Positions 55,886 through 64,000 of a DNA stretch of 64,000 bases are shown piece after piece. Within the stretch, counting starts at the first letter, position 1. Each line of letters starts with the position of its first letter. Under the pieces are notes generated by a model. It made no database searches and was not told the DNA's origin. It saw nothing but the letters and a program-made list of their open reading frames with translations. Source of the DNA: Octopus vulgaris (lineage: Eukaryota); the NCBI GenBank assembly GCA_951406725.2, contig OX597832.1, forward strand, positions 38,440,001 to 38,504,000, given 5' to 3'. A program made the translations under genes and the position numbers.

Positions 55886-57060
55886 GTGTGTGTGTGTGTG
55901 TGTAATCTTTATTCTATGTATATGACGAGATAGTGAATACAGTACACTTAATAAAAAATGTTTTGCATCCAGCCTTCCGGAAAAGGTCACTTATAATTAC
56001 TAGAAATTCGTTTATTTTTAGTTCTTGTGAATGAAAGGTGGGAAATAGCAAATGCGAAAACTGAATAATTTAATCTAATCTCTTGACAATTCTATTTTCT
56101 TACGATAATAATTGTTGTAGAATCCTGTATATTTGCTTAGTGATTCATTCATCACTACGTTGGCAAATATGGCGAACGTAGCTGAAGGGAAAGTACATGG
56201 GAATGTTTGAAACTACTCTTTTCACTTACAGAAGGACCCCACAAATTCAACACAAGTCACTCGAAATAAATATAAATAAATAATTGAAGAATATTTGAAT
56301 GTATGTGATTACCCATGCAATTTAGGTATACGCGCATACATACAAAGCTGAACATACAAATTTGCACACATACATACATACATACATAGATACATAGATA
56401 CATACATACATATATACATACATACATGCATACATGCATGCATACATACATACATACATGCATGCATACATGCATGCATACATACATACATACATACATA
56501 CATACATACATACATACATACATACATGCATGCATACATGCATGCATACATACATACATACATACATACATACATGCATGCATACATGCATGCATGCATA
56601 CATACATACATACATGCATGCATGCATGCATGCATGCATACATGCATACTTACATACATACATACATACATGCATGCATACATGCATGCATGCATACATA
56701 CATACATACATACATACATACATACATGCATGCATACATGCATGCATACATACATACATACATACATACATACATACACACATACATACATACATACATA
56801 CCCTGTTTCTTGATTTTGAAATTCCAATGAAGGAGTCTTGTATTTAGGTTAGAAACCGGCTCTTTCTCTATTAGCAAGAAATCTTGAAATATATATATAT
56901 ATATATATAGTAAAAGCAATTAAGATTCAAGTAGAGTTCTGTTGAATGTACATGAATGCGGTACTTAACTTAACAGATGCACCAGAAATCTATATCGTAT
57001 TAACCATAAGATAATGCAGGGTGATTATAAACAAGAAAAAGCAACAAAAATGGATCAATA

Positions 57061-57152
57061 TTTCGGTACAATTGTTTCATACGAAGACCAGCTTTTTATT
57101 AAGGCTGCAAATATTGCAGCAAATGCAAGTGACCCATACTCATCAGCCAAAA
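57061..57152 (-). ncRNA. Minimal type-I hammerhead ribozyme in a (TA)n-flanked element (~56910-57217)
   Basis: Minus strand: UUUUGG-CUGAUGA-GUAUGGG...UUCGUAU-GAAA-CAAUUG-UA-CCGAAA. Palindromic stem III ACAAUUGU. Confidence 0.85.
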
Positions 57153-57214
57153 AAACATCTGAGTTCTCCAAACATCTAAGGGGGTGAGCTACACTCCTGA
57201 AACATCACTCCCGA

Positions 57215-57276
<62 letters not shown>

Positions 57277-57281
57277 CATAC

Positions 57282-57406
<125 letters not shown>

Positions 57407-57446
57407 CATGCATATATATATATATGCATACATACATATATATATA

Positions 57447-57752
57447 ATGAACTCTCCCGTCGAAGATGACGAATGAGCGTTCAACTTTTGCCGAACGACC
57501 TGCACATATGATTTGTTTATAGTGATGAAGTGTTCATGCCACACATTAACTCACTCTGTCCATCAAACCGACCACGTTTGTCTCAACTCGTTCGCGGTGT
57601 ATCACACGTCAGGTGTAAGTGATCACCCTTGCAGAGCAACGTGGGATGAAGTGTTTTGTTCAAGAACACAACGCAACACCCGCTGTAGGAATTGAAACAA
57701 CGACCTCACGATCGTGAGTCCAACATCCTCACCACTAGGCCATGCGCCCTCA
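57447..57752 (-). mobile_element. tRNA-derived SINE (family D-related head)
   Basis: Reverse complement begins gagggcgcatggcctagtggtgagg...gtttcaattcc...gttcttgaacaaaacacttcat. Confidence 0.75.
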
Positions 57753-57759
57753 TATGTAC

Positions 57760-57854
<95 letters not shown>

Positions 57855-58261
57855 TAAGGCTGTCACTTCCTTCATCATGTCCACGTATATGACAACTCTT
57901 GTTTGCAAAAGTTTAACATTGCATTTGTTAACTGCTTTGAATATTGTCTATTTTCTTCAGCTGCTTTGTTATGTCGTTCTTTCCTCAGTTCAACAGACTG
58001 GCTAATGGCTGTCACAATATCGTTGAGTCCGAAACTTTTCAAGCTTTTATAATTTGACTCACTGATTTATTGTGATGCTTACAGAAAGTGTGTCTAAAGC
58101 CAGCTGGAGACGATGATTCTCCTGGGGCTAAAAGCTACAGTAACACCCACCCTTAGTGGTTAGCCATATTGAGATGGCTAGTATACTTTACGTTGTCGAG
58201 CAGTTACTGTTTACCTCTCGTTCAGAGATTTATTATTGCTATATATATATATATATATATA

Positions 58262-58899
58262 TACTAGCATATAACCCGTCTTTGCCGGATCATAGTGCGA
58301 GTGCATGTATATTTGTGTATATGTACGTGTATATATTACATGTACATCTATATATATACATCTACACATAAATACAAAATACAAAGTTATATCTTGATAT
58401 CGCTTAGTGATAACAATACTGAAAATATATAACAGACTGGAGTTGTAGGACTATTCCATTTCTGCACGCTAATTTTATTTTTAACTTATTCCCATTCATG
58501 TGAAACCACTTAGTCAAGTTCAAATCCTTGATGCAATTTTATACCAATTGCTATTTTTACTTTTGTTATGTTACGATTATATTATACTTCTAGTTTAATT
58601 TTAATTATTACTACTACATATAATTCAATTGTTATTATTATTTTTATTGTTAAAGTGAAAGAATCTGACATAATAAAATAGAGAAATGTTTTTGTTTCAC
58701 TTTTAACACGTAATACTGAAATAGTGGAGTAGCAGATATAATATTGCTATGGCTCGCTCTAGTCAAGAAGTTGAACGTTTTTTTGCCCATGAAACTACAT
58801 GGACCCTAAGTAAGGCATGCGTAAAATATGAATGAAATTGGTTTTGTGTAGATCTCCAAGTTTTAGGGAAACACACAGACAGACAGACACACATTCTCA

Positions 58900-58904
<5 letters not shown>
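58262..58904 (+). mobile_element. Non-autonomous Helentron/DINE-1-like element
   Basis: 5' tactagcatataacccgtctttgccgg subterminal hairpin-like start, 3' (acag)n...cattctcagtttt end, inserted in TA repeats. Confidence 0.55.
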
Positions 58905-58981
<77 letters not shown>

Positions 58982-58982
58982 T

Positions 58983-59039
<57 letters not shown>

Positions 59040-59704
59040 AGGAAAAATTAATTAGAGAGATATATTGACATAAGAAGACACACAAAGGCGGGAACCAAAC
59101 GACAGCAAGCTAATGAAATGAAACGAAAACAAAGGCAGCTCCAATAACAACAACATCAATAACAATAACAAACAGCAACAAAAAGAAAAGCAAAAAGAAC
59201 TGCATCATCATCAACAACAACAACAACAACCACAACAAAGCAACGTATGAAGTAATCTCAAGTTTTGATCTCAACAGATGGTCGTAGAATGGTGCAGATT
59301 TGTTTGAGACTTGGCACTGGTTAGTGTCTCTAGTTTGTACTCTGGTTTAATGAAGACTATCTGGTACTATTATATAACAAAACACCATCTTACTGTTATA
59401 TCCAATTGAGACTAGCTATGACGTCCATCTTTGAATCCTCTGCTGACTAACAGAGTGACTAAGTGAAATTATCTTACCAGTGAGAGGTTCAGTGTATGGT
59501 CCCCACCCCGATGAGATCAGAGGTTAACAGGTTAAACGCATCTAGTCCTATTTTCTCTGCCCTTGTCTGCCATGCATACGTCATATTTTACTGAAGAGAT
59601 AACCCCATGTCTGGTCCTCGTGAAGTTAGAAATTAAAGTGTAATAAATGCTTTATATGTTTATGCAATATAAAATGTATGCGTTTGTGAGTAGGTAATGC
59701 TTAA

Positions 59705-59906
<202 letters not shown>

Positions 59907-59980
59907 GCACACAAACACACACATATATACAGAGAGAAAGAGATAGACAGACAGACAGACAGACAGATAGATAGACAGAC

Positions 59981-60038
<58 letters not shown>

Positions 60039-60142
60039 TTAGATAGATATACATACATATATATATATATATGCATACATACATACGCATACATACATAC
60101 ATACATACATACATACAAGCATACATACATGCATACGTGTAT

Positions 60143-60164
<22 letters not shown>

Positions 60165-60173
<9 letters not shown>

Positions 60174-60530
60174 TGTTATACTTCCCACGCAAGGATGGTG
60201 TTCGTGGTCTCAAATCTGTATCGATGTCTTATGAAGCAGGTATTGTGACAACCGAAACATCAACAGTCAAGGAAAGAGAGCAGTAAGTATCATGCCCAAG
60301 ATTGCGACGATGAAAATCAATAAGATAATTAGGAAGGCTAATGAACTTGATGAGATGTAATGAAATAAGAGCTGATGCAGATACAGATCTCTCTCCCCAC
60401 GGAGCATTGGCAAAATCTATTTATCAGAACAAAACGTCGCAGTTCATTGAAAAGAACATGGGTACTTGGCACAAAAAACACGAAACATAGAAGGGATGAT
60501 AATGTCAAGAGTTTGGCATGCAGTACCAAG
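60165..60530 (+). mobile_element. R4/Dong-like RT thumb-region fragment
   Basis: DMLYFPRKDGVRGLKSV (cf. DRLYLPRKxGGRGL). Confidence 0.7.
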
Positions 60531-60867
60531 TTTATGAATGTATATACGTATGTATGTATGTATGCATGTATGCATGTATGTATGTATGTATGTATGTATG
60601 TATAATTGTATGTATAATTGTATGTATTTATGTATGTATGTATGTACGTATGTATTTGTATGTATGTATGTATGTATGTATGTATGTACGTATGTACTAT
60701 GTATGTATGTATGTATGCATGTATGTATGTACGTCTGTATGTATAATAATATAAATAATATATATATATGCATATATAAAAATATATATAAATAATATAT
60801 AAATATATGCATATATACATACATATATGTACATACCTACATATATATGCATATATACATGCATATA

Positions 60868-61050
60868 TGGGTACAGGAATTTAAAAAACTTTGAATACAA
60901 TGAGAAACGAAAACAAAAACAAAAAAATACAAACGAACTTTTGCCAACAACAAAAAAAGCCTGAGAAACGTGACATACAACATAAAGAATATTTCCCTTC
61001 TTCAGATGTCCCCGTTTCAACTACTCCACGTTTCGAATGCCTTGTATATG

Positions 61051-61131
<81 letters not shown>

Positions 61132-61282
61132 CGAAATTGCGAGGATGATCCGGTTCTTGTCTGAGGATAGAGAAGTTCGAATGACCCATCCTTGATTTTT
61201 TTGTATCGTCAATCTGGATGTTTTGTTGTCCCTTATTGTATCCCCTAGTTGTAGGGATGTTTTGCGTTCTTGTCCCATTTTG
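60868..61282. mobile_element. Element related to the 22377 tandem family, interrupted by (CA)n
   Basis: Shared start gggtacagga, central cccttc(a/t)tca...ctactcc.c.tttcga, and end (t/g)tccca..ttt. Confidence 0.65.
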
Positions 61283-61314
<32 letters not shown>

Positions 61315-61981
61315 ATATATACACACATATATATATGTATATATATATATGTATATATATTTTTTTTTTCGGTGTTTCCTAACATCCTAGTCACATTTAG
61401 TGACATATATATACATGCGTACATAGATATATATATATCTATAGGTATATATATGTATATCCGCATGAAAAATTTATATATATATATATATATATGATAC
61501 ACTTTCTCGCACACACATTGCCCTAGCCTACAAGAAAGGTGAGCAAAGAGATATGCAAACAGTTCCGACGAATTAAGAAACGCTAGAACCAAAGGCCTGT
61601 TAGTAATATTGTTATTTCAAGCTATTCCAACTGGATGGACCAACTCAAGACAGCCATGTGATATAGTGAATTAGATTAAGGAATGTTTGAAAAATGCGCA
61701 AAGGATAGTAAAGAATATGTTATAATGCCAGCACTAATATTTACTAATATCCATAATAAACGTTATTCTTGCTAAACTAACGCGTGTATGAGTATGACAA
61801 TGTATGTGTGTATCTGAGTGTTTATTAGTATGCATGTGCGTCTACATATGTACATAACTACATACATATATATATATATATGTATATCAGTGAGTGTGAG
61901 TGTATGTGTGTCTGCGTGTTTGTGCATGTGTGTGTGTCCGTGAGTGCGTGCATGAATTTAAGAATATCTACAGTCTACATG

Positions 61982-62016
<35 letters not shown>

Positions 62017-62148
62017 ATGTATATAATATTATATATATATTTATATATATAACATATATGAAGATGTAAATGTATATATCTATGTCTATATCTATCTATC
62101 GCTCTCTCACTCTGCCTGTCTGTGTGTCTGTTTGTCTGTCTCTCTCTG

Positions 62149-62179
<31 letters not shown>

Positions 62180-62244
62180 TTGTGTGTGTGTGTGTGTGTA
62201 TGTATATATAATTTATGTATATATATGAAGATCTACATATGTTT

Positions 62245-62285
<41 letters not shown>

Positions 62286-62314
62286 CGTATTTATATATAT
62301 GATGTATACACATA

Positions 62315-62437
<123 letters not shown>

Positions 62438-62738
62438 GCATGCGTAAGGTGGTATATACTTGTACGTGTATGCTTATATTTACAGTTGTGTAAAATTTAT
62501 TATATGATGTTTGCGAAATTTGGAATATGACGTGTTCTTGCCAATATATCGCCATATTGAATCTGTTGAAAGCTATGTTAAAATCTTTTATACTCTGACT
62601 TTTGGCCTTTCTAACTTGTCAAAGGTCTCCCGTGTCTTTGTCAAGGCGGCTTATACGGAAGAGAACATATTATCTGAAAATGTATATGAGCATAAATATA
62701 AATATAAGCATGGAATACATACATACATGTATACACAC

Positions 62739-62826
<88 letters not shown>

Positions 62827-63031
62827 GTATACGTATATAGTATATATCATGTATGTATGTACGTCTGTATATATGCATTAATGTGTGCGCATAGGTTTAA
62901 GTTACACATAGCAATTTCAAAACACGATGAGAATGTGTATATATTTGGGTGTACTTGTATATCTCAAAATGCGCGCGCGCACTCTAACACACTCACTCAC
63001 ACACAAACACACAGAGTCGCACACACACACA

Positions 63032-63089
<58 letters not shown>

Positions 63090-63694
63090 TATATATTCAT
63101 AACTGTGCGTCCATGTATAATGATACATATCTAAATACATACATAAATTCATAGATGTAAAGTAAATATATTTCCATACATATGTGTATACATAAACACG
63201 TATATTCATGTGTATATATACATGGATATATGCATGCATGTGTTTATGTATATATATCCATATTTATATAAGTATATATATGTATGTACGTATGTATGTA
63301 TGTATGTATGTATGTATCTATGTATGTACGTACGTATGTATGTATGTATGTATGTATGTATGTATGTATGTATGTATGTATGTATGTATGTATGTATGTA
63401 TGTATCTATGTATGTACGCACGTATGTATGTACGCACGTATGTATGTACGTACGTATGTATGTATGTATGTATATGCAAATATATATGAACATGCACATA
63501 TGTATATAATATACATATCAGCAGGCAACATAAAAAATTTATTTTGTGAAAAAAAATATGTCATATGAATAATATGAATGTAATCACGTACACATGAATA
63601 AGTTTATACTGATGTATATATATATATACAGATATATGTATATGTATATATGTATATATATATGTACATATATATGTATATATATATGTGTATG

Positions 63695-63763
<69 letters not shown>

Positions 63764-63769
63764 ATAATA

Positions 63770-63822
<53 letters not shown>

Positions 63823-63961
63823 TATATGTATATATATATGTATATATATTTTTATAAACATACATAAATACATACATACATATATATATATATGTGTATA
63901 TATTTATGTATGTTTATGAAGATATATATATATATATATATGTATTTATGTATGTTTATCA

Positions 63962-64000
<39 letters not shown>

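Noticed and set aside
56803-56890. CCAAUGA...GAAACCGG motif (hammerhead- or SECIS-like)
   Set aside because: It is better explained as a simple hairpin gaaggagtc/ggctctttc and lacks the required core positions for either structure.
61562-61589. GUUC-CGACGA-AUUAA-GAAA-CGC-UA-GAAC hammerhead-like string
   Set aside because: The core is one nucleotide short, there is no stem II, and stem III is unpaired. It could be chance.

Overview
AT-rich, microsatellite-saturated animal DNA. The SINE families and repeat landscape look like an octopus/cephalopod genome (inference). It is mostly intronic or intergenic, and almost all ORFs in the supplied track are microsatellite translation artefacts. Recognisable content: several tRNA-derived SINE families (some with target-site duplications), a decayed Tc1 transposase, fragments of R4/Dong-type, CR1/jockey-type and RTE non-LTR retrotransposons, a Helentron/DINE-like element, and one credible orphan terminal coding exon (54095-54371, +). 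The most striking signal is about 10 minimal type-I hammerhead ribozyme motifs with a palindromic helix III. They lie in several sequence-unrelated, short, ORF-less elements embedded in (TA)n/(CA)n tracts, often with tail-outward fold-back inversions whose junctions fall inside the ribozyme. This looks like a dense, diverse population of Penelope-like/retrozyme-like self-cleaving RNA elements, including one family with a non-canonical CUGUAGA core. All folds were read by eye and none was computed or tested.
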